DNA from: Antedon mediterranea
Taxonomy: Eukaryota > Animalia > Echinodermata
DNA length: 64,000 nt
Direction: 5' to 3'
Assembly: GCF_964355755.1 (NCBI RefSeq)
Contig: NC_092675.1
Location: 2,723,812-2,787,811 of the forward strand
Below the pieces are notes generated by a model, which saw only the letters and a list, made by a program, of their open reading frames with translations, was not told the DNA's origin and ran no database searches. Within the stretch, counting starts at the first letter, position 1, and each line of letters begins with the position of its first letter. Below are positions 1 to 11,872 of the stretch, piece by piece. The position numbers and the translations under genes were made by a program.

Positions 1-1130
1 TGAAGACGTTGCTATGGTTATGCATACATCAAAAGGTCATGAAGATATTTAGAGACGGTAACCTTGACAATATTATTCTTTCTAGTTTTTACGAACACTT
101 TCTCTATTCATTCTTTTTATTTATGTTTTCAAATGTTCATTTTCCATAAGTACGTCGTCATTATTCCAAGTACACTTATTATTCTTACTTAGTCATTAAG
201 CAAAAATTAAATTCAAACAAAACAGTAACAGGTATTAATAATGACAGAGTTTTCAATAGACAAATATTGACTAAAAACAATATAAAAACTATGAAATGTT
301 TTTCCTCTAAAATTGGATTTTGTATAGTATGTTTAAACGTAGAGAAATTTGTTAGGGAAATATTTTTGAATTAAAATCGAATGGATATAAAAAATAAATA
401 TACATTAAACAACTTTATTTAAAAAAAACTTAATTATATATGTTCTGTATGCTCCTATTAGCCAATTATCGATACAGTATCCACAGTATCATAGGTCAAT
501 TGTGATACAGTATCACATATGTATCACATGATGCCTGTATCATAGACCAGAAGCCTAACAGGTGCCATATGTGACTCTGTATTACAGGTTTCTACCTATG
601 ATACAAATAATAAAATGTGTTGATACAGTACACAGAATCGGTTGCTCATTTGCAGTGAGAAACATAAGTGATTGACATAATAACTGATAAGACTTGTTGA
701 TTTCACCTTTCAAATTAGAAATTGCTGCTAATTAATCAATCATGACACCAACTTAATTAAACAATTAATGAATTTTCAAGTGCAGGTTGACAAACTAGAA
801 TTCTGCTATGCTTTGTGTTCAGCAGAACATTTATGTTAATTAAAATATAAATTGAATTGAACTACAGTATCTTATTATACAACGTTCTAAATGCTTCACA
901 TTTTTAGCCTCTCTCTCAGTTTGGTTGTTAATGTATACTTTGTTAAGTGTCACTGCCGTCCCCTGATCTTCAAACCAAAAAATCTTAGCATTTGATGTAT
1001 ATCGCAAGTGTACAGGAACAGGTCTTGTTCTAGTTATAACAGATTAATACAGATGATACAAATCACTTATTATAACAATGACATATCAGGGCTACCGTAT
1101 ATATATATATATATTTTATGATTTCTTTAA

Positions 1131-1286
1131 AGCTTTGTCTCCACTATCAAACTAGTTTGACAACAAAAGTGTGATGTGCCCAAATATGATAGGGATATAC
1201 CCAAATATGGTAGTGATATGACATCATCATTTCCATATATGGGCACATCATATTTTTTGTCACAAAGTTTGATAGTGTAGACAGCT
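1131..1286. mobile_element. PIF/Harbinger-type MITE family A copy
   Basis: Degenerate TIR AGCTCTGTCTACACTATCAAACT at both ends, with internal CCCAAATATGGTAGTGATATG units. Confidence 0.75.
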
Positions 1287-1662
1287 GTCAACAGACCAAG
1301 ATTTAAACAAGGTTTTCATCATCTAAATGTATCTACCAATTTTTGTTCTCCGTTTTAATTTATCATTTCATCTCCGTTTAGTACAAAGAGATTACTAGAA
1401 TAAGCTCAGCTTCAGTGTAATTTATTAATAATTCATTAATCTAAGTTTTAATTTATTTCATCTCCTTGGTGTGTTGTTTTAATTGTCCATGTTTTATTCA
1501 TGTGAAAACAAAACATCTGTTTCTTTCAACTATATATCCCAGAATACATTGATAAAATTGACCCTTGACACATGATGCTAGAAATAATCTTTTCAAAAAA
1601 ATATAGAAATTAAGATTTTCATGTAAAAAGCCTAAAAATATTGTATTATATGATAAGCAACT

Positions 1663-1910
1663 AAAGATGTATTGTCCCCCTGAAAAAATAATTCTTAAAA
1701 CAATTTTTGTTGAATATTTTAATGTAACATAGTTATCCACTTTGACCAAAAATTGGATCGGAAAAAAAATGTATATACCTGAAAAAAATGTGGTTTAAAG
1801 CAAAAAATAGTCAAATTGGTTGCCATCCAATGGATTTTTGGTTGAATTTCAAAGTCTGATTTCATTAATTTTCATTTTTCCTGTTTTTGGGGGACAATAC
1901 ATCCCTTTAA
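1663..1910. mobile_element. MITE with TIR GATGTATTGTCCCC
   Basis: AAAGATGTATTGTCCCC at about 1663 and GGGGACAATACATCCCTTTAA at about 1890-1910; an inverted internal fragment recurs at about 5645-5700. Confidence 0.6.
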
Positions 1911-4900
1911 AGATTAGATTTACGTTTCAAATGTTATCATTATTTTTTTAGAAAGTTGTAGGGACAGAATACATGCCTATAAAAATTGTCTTTTCTAGGT
2001 TCACAGGCCTAACAAGTAACAGTAAGAATTATATTATTATTATTAAAAAGTCAGTATCTTACTGTAGTAGTATACAAACGATTTCCAAAAATATAATACA
2101 GGTGGCCTTATTTGGCAGTCCGTTTAAAAAGACCACATGTCTGCTGCAAATGCTGTGAACAAATTTATTATTAGCAAAATCTTAAATATTGTAATAAAAT
2201 ATTAATTTATAAATCTAGTAAATTTTTTTTATTCTTAGGACCTGATTTGCATATACCCATTTTAAGTACCTTCTACATATAGTTTTCTAGTACAGCATTA
2301 TATTTCTTAATATATTTCTTTAGTCTCACATAAGTTTGAAGCCAGACAACCGTCTTCCAAAGTCTAACCTTGGTTTTGATTTAGATTATGGATATATTAA
2401 AATACTATAAGCATAGATTAGAAAGAAAGTAATTACCAAGATTATTTTTGTATGTTGTCTTATCATTCTGAGAATGCGTAATTATCCATGCTCAACTAGT
2501 TTACGTATTATGTTTATGAACATTGTTTTATGATCAGAGTATTAACAAAAATAATGTGTACTCTGTTTAATAAGAAATTTTATTGAAGAAATCTATATAG
2601 ATACTCGTTTTCACTGGAGTTTTGAGGATTTCTATGGTTTGAGAAGGAAATAAAAGATCTGTACATATATATATATCTGTAAATATAACTTGAAAATGAC
2701 CCTTATGAACTATTATTATTTTAATGGTATTCCTCTGACTGGGTTTATGTTCTGTCAAACATAGTATCTCTACTTTGATACAATTTTTGAAGAAAATAAA
2801 TATGATAGGGGTCACGCTTTTTATCTTATTGAATATGTATTATAACCCTATCGAACACAGAAGTATCTTATTTATTTATTTGTACTTGTTATGATATAGT
2901 TAAGACTAAAATTGATAATATAGCTGGGCCACATTACAACAACTTATTGACTTCTTTACTCTTGATTTGATTGAGAGATTGGCATTAATATTCATTGTCG
3001 TAATTGCAATTTCAAGGTGAAATCATGTTTATTTTTTGATACAATAATGCTGATTTTTTAGATTTCTTATTCAGTACGATTACGTTTAAGTTATTCATGA
3101 AATAATATTCACTATTTATGATTGATTAAAAAAGATTACATTAGCATTTTCGTTAGTGTCTAATCTGGGTTTAAAGTTCTTTCAGAATTCCATTATAGTA
3201 ATCAAAGCCATGTTTAAACGCAAATCGAATCGAACGTCAATGTTTTGTTTTCACACGCATTTCGATTGGTGCATAGCCATGTGGACCGTAAAAACTAAAC
3301 ATTGACATTCGATTTTGATTTGCCAGCGCCGGACCAGAACTGTGCCGGAACAGGTGTGAAAGACCCTTAGAGGGGGACATTATAATTCACAAATAGCTAC
3401 TTAGCATATCCTAGGATGATTTGTTTACCACATAATTTACAAATAATGAATGTTTATGAATTGAATGAACTGTTCTATTTAACTCCTTGAATAGACCACT
3501 CAATTTTTAAATTCAACAAATACAAATCATCAATTACTTGTTTCATTAACAGTAAAACCTAAGTCTATTCTAAAGTAAACTTTGAAAAAAAAAAGCAGTT
3601 ATATGGCGCATATGACAGGTGAACACCATTCACAGTACCGTATGTTAGTTACACAAAGTTTATAATTACAAAAATTTGAACATGTCGATGCCATGTACAG
3701 TATACCCCAAACCGTGTAGATGAGTAAGTAATTGGTACAAGGGTATGTAAGCCAATCAAATGACAAGAATACACTGGTTCTTTCTTTAATTTTAAAATAC
3801 TGCCCCCTATAGTTATAAACTTGTAACATTTTAGTTTTAACTACAGTACAGTACCTTATTTGGTGAAATTAAATTCCTTACACGTGAAATTAGTTAAGGT
3901 TCTAAAGAACAATATAGTAGTTTTATGTTAGGTAATATTGTTGAGTTTTTATGCTCTTTTCATTATGTGCTTTTTTGGCTCCGAATCAATATCAATCAAT
4001 ATTAAATTGTGTTTTCTGAATTTTAGAATTTGATCAAAATGCAAAAATGGAATTAAAAAAAACAAAATTACAAATTTATTGTAATGCTGTCATTAGTTAT
4101 CAATACTTTTCTTTTATTAATAATTTGTATACAGTGTATACTGAAAACTAAATAATTTTATGAGAATTCGGCATGGATTAAAGTAGCGTCTACAATTATA
4201 ATTGTGTTTAAAATCAAAATAATATTAAAATTGCAAGTTCACTTAATTATGAACATTGGTATAGTCCCTTTTCACATAGAGCCACTCTTGTGGTAGTTTC
4301 CATACAAAAGTGATTAAATTGGTAGGGTTTTTAGCCTAAACACAGTGAACATGACATGGACTAGAACACGGGGGTACTGGCCTACTCGTTCCAAAAGACA
4401 CACTATATGTAACATATGTGACAATATTAAAGCTATATATATAGATTAATTATGGCAAAACCATAACAAAGTGATTCAACTAGTAGAGTTTTTAGCCTAA
4501 CACAGTGAACACAACATAGGCTGAAACGGACTAATACACAGGGGTAACCCCTACTCGTTCCGAAAGACACACTAGGCCTTAAACCTGTGACAATATTATA
4601 GCTATAGATTAATTATGGTGAAACCATGTGCTGTTTATGTGATCCTACCTACGCTTCCAACGAAAGGATTTCTTTGGTGGTTTAGGAATTGGGGAGGGCT
4701 ATTAGAAAATCTGGATCCACCCTTGATCGCAACTCATTGGTAGACACGCCACTTGGATTTAAAACAATTTATTTCATCATAGTCTATGTTTTTAGTTTCC
4801 TTTTTTCATTTCCAACATTCCGACTCGAAGATTTGTTTACTATGGTATTGCAAAGTTTTGCATCTTGATTTTATTATTATGTTTTTATCTGGATATAAAA

Positions 4901-6772
4901 GCAGTTTCTATAGAGTGTCACGGTGCTGACGTCACGACGGTAGGTGGCGCTGCCTGGTTTGCTAGCCAACCAAAAAATGCGTTCAACCTGCCTGAGTGAT
5001 TCTCAGGATATTCTGGAATAGGCTTATTGAAGTAGTCATTTTAAAACCTAATAATTTTCAATAAAAACAAACTAAAATTTCAAAAGATCATTAAATATTT
5101 GTTTTTAATAATTTATTTATTCTTCAACTACAGTTTAACCATGCAGCGCCCTCTATCATTGTGACATCACACCGCGATTATCAGAGGTTGGCGGAAATGC
5201 ATCTAGGGACTAGATTTCTATTGTTTTCCACCACTCAGGACTCTTTAATCATATTATAGACAAACATATTTCTGTCCAGAGTGTGTCTTGTGTTAATTGA
5301 AAACCAGTTTAAATGCATTTTTGTCAATAATTGTGTAATTATGTCCATTTCAATGTGTCCTTACTAGGTTTTTTTTTATATAAAGCTAAAAAATATAATT
5401 ATTGAATATAATCCTACACCCTAATTTAGGCTGAATCCACAGCGAAAAGACTGTAAACAATATTTTTAATGTATTCCGAATATAATAACACCCTTAAATT
5501 TTCACAGAATTTGTTAAATCATGAAAAATGAAGATTAATAATACTAAAATCAGACTAGTTCATTTTGCAGTTAATCACTTTTGTAGAAAAAAAAATGCAA
5601 AAAGAATGTTTTCACCCTTTAAAAAAGAAAAAATAAACGGTTAAATTCAACCAAAAACCCATTGACTGGCAGCCAATTTGACTATTTTTTTGCTTTAAAT
5701 TATGTGATATTAAAATAGCATATTCAAAAACAAAATTGAAAATACATCTTTAATATACAGTATAATTCTGTGAATATAAAATACTTAAATATGAACTGTG
5801 TTTGCTGCTGTTTTAGTTCATTCTTAAATCTTGAAATAAGGCTGCCCTCCAGCATTAAAACGTCATAAAGCTTACAAATAGTATTATTTTATCATCTGAA
5901 TAGAAGAGAAAGATTGATTGCAAGATGTGTTGTTGTATTTGGCTAAGCTTCAGGTCAATATGTGTAAATTTACCAATATGATAGAAAACACACTATAAAT
6001 CTTCTATTGCGATCACAAATATATAAAGTTAACCTATATGAATTCTTGTATAAATAATATTGGTACCAAAATGTGCTATTGTAAGTGGTGGAAAAGAGAT
6101 AATTAATCATTCATTCATAGATAAAATTTACAATGTCCAACATTGGTAAATACTGTAGGTTATAGTATAAGTGAAATGATAAGAAAGGAATTGCTAAAAT
6201 AATAAAACACTGTACACATTAAGTGTAATATACAGTCACACACAATATTATTAATAGAAATATAGTCTACATCTGTTTTTATTGAGCTGTTGACCGTATT
6301 AGGAGATTTTACCCAAGAAATGCAGATTATTTCATGTGTATGCTATTAAATATACGGTAATAATATAGAAGAATTTGATGGTCAGTGTCACATGACATAA
6401 CTTTACCTCAAGAATAACCATTTCAGAATTTTTCTAGAATGGTGTACAGTCTTAACTCTTTTCTCGTTTCTAAAAAGTCTGGTTTTCTTTGGTTGAAATT
6501 AACTTTTGAATGTCAAAGTGTAAATAAAATTTAATTATGGTGGTTCTTAATTGCGATATAGTTTATATTTTATATTACTATACTACCAATTATTATATTA
6601 CCCATATCATTAAATATGTAAAATATGTTCAAGTTTAATATTTTGTACATTAGTGTGTAGGTGTATTATTCAATGGCAGCTTTTGTGGGCTTGGAAGCTC
6701 ACAATCCTAATTAATGCTGTTGTCAAACCCAGTGTGTGTTATATGTCTTAAATTGCTTAGTACATTCATAGG

Positions 6773-7270
6773 TAATACGGCCTACCACGTTGAAACACTG
6801 GTTCTCGTCAGTTCACCGAAGTTAAGTAACGTTGGGCCTGGTTAGAGCTTGGATGGGAGAGAATCTGGGAATACTGGGTGCTGTATATGGAACTGGGGTC
6901 CATTAGGCATTTGAAATCAGCACGGCTGATTCTTATGGCAGCCCCTGCATCTAGTATCTGCCTCAGACGTATTGGCTTATGCCTCTCCTCTGGTTAAGGT
7001 GGGCACTGGACGAGAGAAGCCCTTGGTCAATGTTGGGACCAGCCAAATGTGCTTTAAACCATCCTGGCTTAGTCATCATTCAGATGAATGTAAGACTAAG
7101 TGACATTGCTTTTTATGACAGAAGTCAGCCATAAAAAAAAGGTAATGGTAACACTAGTAGTTTGGCCATAGTCCTCAGTAGGACCATCAACTCGTATGAT
7201 ACAAGGCTGATAAGACGCCGGCCACTCTGATGCTGATGACGCAGCAGGCCAGAACATACTAGTTTAAACA
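6773..7270 (+). mobile_element. 5S rRNA-derived SINE (SINE3-like) or 5S pseudogene with attached body
   Basis: 6773-6888 is a diverged full-length 5S sequence (TACGGCC-TACCACGTTGAAACAC...CCGAAGTTAAG...GGTTAG..CTTGGATGGG...TGGGAATAC.GGGTGCTGTA). No T-run terminator follows; it continues into about 380 nt of more GC-rich sequence. The 3' boundary is approximate. Confidence 0.7.
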
Positions 7271-7715
7271 ACTTCTAGGGCTGATGCACACCTTTCATGC
7301 CATACAGTATCAATAGCATTTCTGCCATAAAAACTTTTTCCCATCCAAGTTCAACGTGGTTTTAGCCGTACTGTATATAGGATATGTTGTTGATTTTAAC
7401 TCCAATTTGCATAGAGGAAAACACAGAGCAAATATACAATACTACCAAACCAGTGTATACAAGCCTCATGAATAATTGGCTTTATCTAGCTGATGCCAAT
7501 GTCTCACAAGGAGACTTGCTGTGTTCATTAATATAGATCATCCATCCTGTAATTGGGGAGTTATATTGGATGTGTATGAAATTTTAAAATAAATCCAAAG
7601 GCAAATTACTGAAAAAATGACAATGCTGTTGGTATCAGTGGCTGGATCTCAATGGAGATACAAAAACAAAAAGCGAAAAGCTAAATCAAAACGATAAAAT
7701 AAAACAGCCGGAAAA

Positions 7716-7755
7716 GTTAGCAGAGCTTTCGGGCAACACTAGCCCTTCATCAGTG
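7716..7755 (-). ncRNA. Minimal type-I hammerhead ribozyme motif (Penelope-like element associated), stem I truncated
   Basis: The minus strand reads CA-CTGATGA-A-GGGC-TAGTGTT-GCCC-GAAA-GC-TC-TG: both catalytic core boxes, a 4-bp stem II, a palindromic AGCT stem III and a UC cleavage site. Confidence 0.72.
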
Positions 7756-8832
7756 AAATTTTAAAATATATATATTTGATAATTTCCAATTTGCAGACAG
7801 TACTGTTTTGATCTTATTAGATCTCTTCTTTGCAGCTCAGGTTTCAAAATAATACAATATCTATTTTTTTAGTGAAAAATATAAAATAATAGTTCATCTC
7901 GTATTGTTTTATTTTATACATTTATTTAAATTTACAGGTGTAGGGATTCTCTAAACCGCCCTATATCTTCTTTTTTCATAAAAATGTATTTATTTTTTAA
8001 TATGTTTTATAGCCTTTGATGTGTTTAGTACCGACTTTGAAGATGTTCTAGTTAACGAGCACAATGAAGAAGTGGAATTTATTGAGTGTTCATTAAACAA
8101 CATTAACGCAGGCACGGTTTATTAAATAACGGGTAATCATAGGCCAGTGTTCTGAGGCCGGCCGCTCACCGCATGCCTGCAAGCAACCAGTTAGTTTATC
8201 CCATGAAACACGACCACTAGGGCCTTTGGGACAGACATATGTAGTAGTTATACTGCAATGTTATAATGTATCCATGTATGCAAATGAATTGGATCTTTAA
8301 CACACCCATGGCTGACTGTATCTATAATTTTACAGAATCACTCCCATATCATAGGTCATCCTAACCTAACTTTAACATAATACAAGCATCACATGTGATG
8401 CACATGACACTGTATTACAGAATTTGCATAAGATACTGGACATAAAATGCTATATGTAGGTTTACAGTACATAGAATCCAGTGGTACCCCAAAGAGTTTC
8501 CATCAGTGCAAATTTGTTTACCCATGAACAACATTAAAAAAGAAACATCTTTTGTTGGACTATTTTGTCGCTGGATTCCTCCTGGTGTTTCAATGAATCC
8601 CGGGGCTGGTGAGCATTGTGAACTAACTAGAATTGTCATCATAGCCCATTAAACAGTGACTGGAAAGTGCATGAATAGCCAGTTAGACTGTGATTTAGAT
8701 TGTTGTGTCTGCAGACTTTACTCAATAACTGCATGATTTCTTCCAACCAGTACTGGTTGGTCAAGCAGCATTTTTTTATCAGTATCCTTATGAATATGGC
8801 CAATTTCTCATCTAACAAAGCATGTGGTCTTA

Positions 8833-8930
8833 AGCTCTGTCTACAATATCAAACTTTATGTGTAAAATACATATCGCTGCCATATTTGGCATTTTTTTTG
8901 TCAAACTAGTATGATAGTGTGGACAGAGCT
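8833..8930. mobile_element. MITE family A copy (internally deleted)
   Basis: TTA|AGCTCTGTCTACA...GTGGACAGAGCT|TTA, TTA TSD. Confidence 0.75.
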
Positions 8931-11188
8931 TTAGACTATTACCTGTATGACTCTGTTAATAACAGTTGATTGGGCATGTTCTTCTAAATAAAGCTAACTG
9001 GTATTGATATAAGTCATTCAATATACATTGTTGATTCCAATGAATATGGTGTTGTCCGATTTTCCATGTAACAGTGGACTCATTATTTGTGTGACTGTGT
9101 TAAAGAACAGTCGATATTTGTTTCTTCTGCAACATAGTTTTAATTTACTTAATTTACATAAGTTAGAAGGAAATTTCAATCAACCTCTTGTTTATCCACA
9201 AAGTAGAAACACAGTAGATACAGTAGATACTGTATGTAACACTTCTTTCCATTTGTTAATATATATTATACATAGATTGGTTTACATATGGTTACGTAAG
9301 TATGATATACATATGAATCATAAAATACAAAAATATGTATCAAACAAGGGGGAATCTAAAAAGATTGAAGAATATCTGGTGTATATATAAGAAATTGCTT
9401 ATTCTATAAGTCTATGTTCAATTCACATTTATTTACTCATCGTTTGTAAACATAGTTTCATAATATAAATGATGGCAAGGATACAGCATAGAGAATTTTA
9501 CAATTCTGTTTTCGCAGGACCCTTTCACATAAAAAACATAAAACAATAAACAACATAATAATATAAAATAAAAAAACATTTATCCATTTTAGAGTTGTTT
9601 ATCAGCATAAAGCAATAAATAGTGTTTTTCTAACATGATTATATACATACATAATGTTACTAATTCTGAGTTTTGGTCATTCATATTCTTTCATATTCTT
9701 ATATTTTATATTAAGTTTTACTTTATATTCATTTTGTCTACTATATTTATTATCTTATCTCCTTTCTCAATGTATGGTGTTCTTTTGTTGTATGTCGCCT
9801 TATTAATGGCAATCCATTACAATAGTGCTATTTCATTTAGATAATTGGATGCTAGATTATCCCCATCATGTTTGTAGTGAAATTAATTGCTTCCTAGCAT
9901 TATGACTTCAGTTTTTACCTACTCTGCTTTCTTATACTATATATCAGCATATTTAAAATTTTAATAATTTTTGATACCAAAACTTGGAAAGGACATACTT
10001 TTGAATCTCTTTGAAAAAGCGATGGTTCAATCCTTTATTGAATATGATGTTGTAGGCCTAATTCTGCATCAATGAACTATATAGTTTATTGGTCAGATGT
10101 TTTGCCATACTCACTACATTGAGAATACTAAAGTACACAATGCTACTTCTTTTTTTCTTTCTTCTGCCAAAGAAATTATACTGTAACTCTTAAACACTTT
10201 AAAGAGTATATGTTCAAACAATTCAATGTTTGTAACATCTTTATTAACCTATATAGCAGCAACTATTTAAAAAAAAGAACCTTTAATTCAAATATTTGTT
10301 GTTATTATCATTATGGTTCTATTAATGGTTACTGTAATAAAATATTGTAACTAGAATTCCTCTGTAGGGCGTGGCCACTTAGCCAATAATTAGCAGCACT
10401 ATTTTAATAATAGCACTATACCTGTACCCTTTGTATATATTTTTTCATATTTTTTGTTATCTTTTTAAACATGTCCGACACACCATTTGTGCTGGGGAAC
10501 CTTATAATTAGTATTGCCCTGAAGTAATTAAAAAAGGCTATGTTAGAATGGTAAGTCTTGGTCATCCTTAGTTGGATGCTGAAGAAAACATGAATCCATT
10601 AGACAGGTATTATTGGATAGTAAATAGTTATAAAAACAATCTATCAAAGTAGCCATTTCTAAACCAAACCTTTATTCTCCTTAATATACTTATTTTCATC
10701 ATCTTGCTCAATTCAACTTTTAATTACCCATCCCTTAAAAATTTTTAAATTTAATCTTCATGTCTATCCAATTTGTTTAACATTACAATGTTATTAGCAA
10801 AAACTCATTCATTTTCCATAGCTCCAAGGTTTTCTTACTTTTAATATTATCTATATAACCTAATTTGCTTTTTTATATTGGAACACCCAACAATATAATG
10901 TAATAATTTTCCTATCATTATTTTCTATTTTCTGTTGAAGTATTTTCAGTATAAGTCCTAATTAAGCTTTCTCCATGGTCTAATTCAACCCCAATTGTAA
11001 TCTATCCGAATTTCCTTGCCTCTGGCGATGTCATACCCATACTGTTGCTTTTTAATAAATTCTGTTCATTATGGCATGTCAAATGACAACACTATTATTT
11101 CTGTTGTAAAGCACATCCATTGTTGTTGTCATTGCAACATAACCACTAATAATGTCCTATTATACTTCTATATACTATATCAAGTGAT

Positions 11189-11502
11189 GGGCGTGTGGCG
11201 CAGTGTGTTGGACGTTCGACTACTGATCGTAAGATCGAGGTTCGAATCCAACTCTCGCCGCATTGCTTGTATCCGTAGGCAAGATACTTTACTTACGTTT
11301 GCCTCTCTTCACCCAGGTGTATAAATGGGTACCCGGTTAGATCAAGACACAACTTTGCGCTGATTACTAGCTGCATTATGGGAGTATGTTTCTATCCGTG
11401 TTTGATCCAAAAAACAAACAAAAATGACTGCGGTAATAATGTTCAGCGCATTGAGAGCTTGCTTATATGCGCTATATAAGAATAAACTATTATTATTATT
11501 AT
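11189..11502 (+). mobile_element. tRNA-derived SINE with CORE-like centre and (TTA)n tail
   Basis: A box TGGCGCAGTGTG, B box GGTTCGAATCC, central GGCAAGATACTTTAC...CACCCAGGTGTATAAATGGGTACC, tail GCGCTATATAAGAATAAAC(TAT)n. Perfect TSD TATCAAGTGAT at 11178-11188 and 11503-11513. Confidence 0.9.
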
Positions 11503-11872
11503 TATCAAGTGATCTACAACTGTGGCACTTTTACCATTCACACTTAGGCTGCATAGAGACATGCCTATATTGAATACACAAATGTTAAAATTCTCCTATC
11601 TAAATAAATACTAATTCTTAAAAATTATTAACTTAAGTGAAATACTAAGTATTTAAGGGAAATATCATTCAACTTAAGCATGAATATATAAACCACTGTT
11701 GTGCAGAAGCTTATTTGTAGAAGCATCTCTTATTTGTTTGATTAAACTAGTAAAACACATAATTGTCTTTTTGCTCTTAGTTGCCACCCTAGTATTTTAC
11801 AAAAGGTTTTTTACCACATTAAACTGAATGAATCATAAAATTCTATTCCTTTCCAAATAGAAAATGTAACAA

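Noticed and set aside
1-60. Possible exon end at the window start (frame KTLLWLCIHQKVMKIFRD with donor gtaacc, or EDVAMVMHTSK)
   Set aside because: Too short, no recognisable endophilin similarity, and the frame is ambiguous.
6773-6888. Functional 5S rRNA gene
   Set aside because: Several substitutions and deletions in conserved positions, no oligo-T terminator, and no tandem array.
7228-7258. CTGATGA as a second hammerhead core
   Set aside because: No GAAA box after a credible stem II.
10500-11160. Decayed LINE reverse-transcriptase fragment on the minus strand
   Set aside because: Only a faint GFR-like hint with many stops; it cannot be supported without a profile search.
11189-11260. 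tRNA gene
   Set aside because: It is the head of a SINE with body, tail and TSD; the cloverleaf is imperfect.
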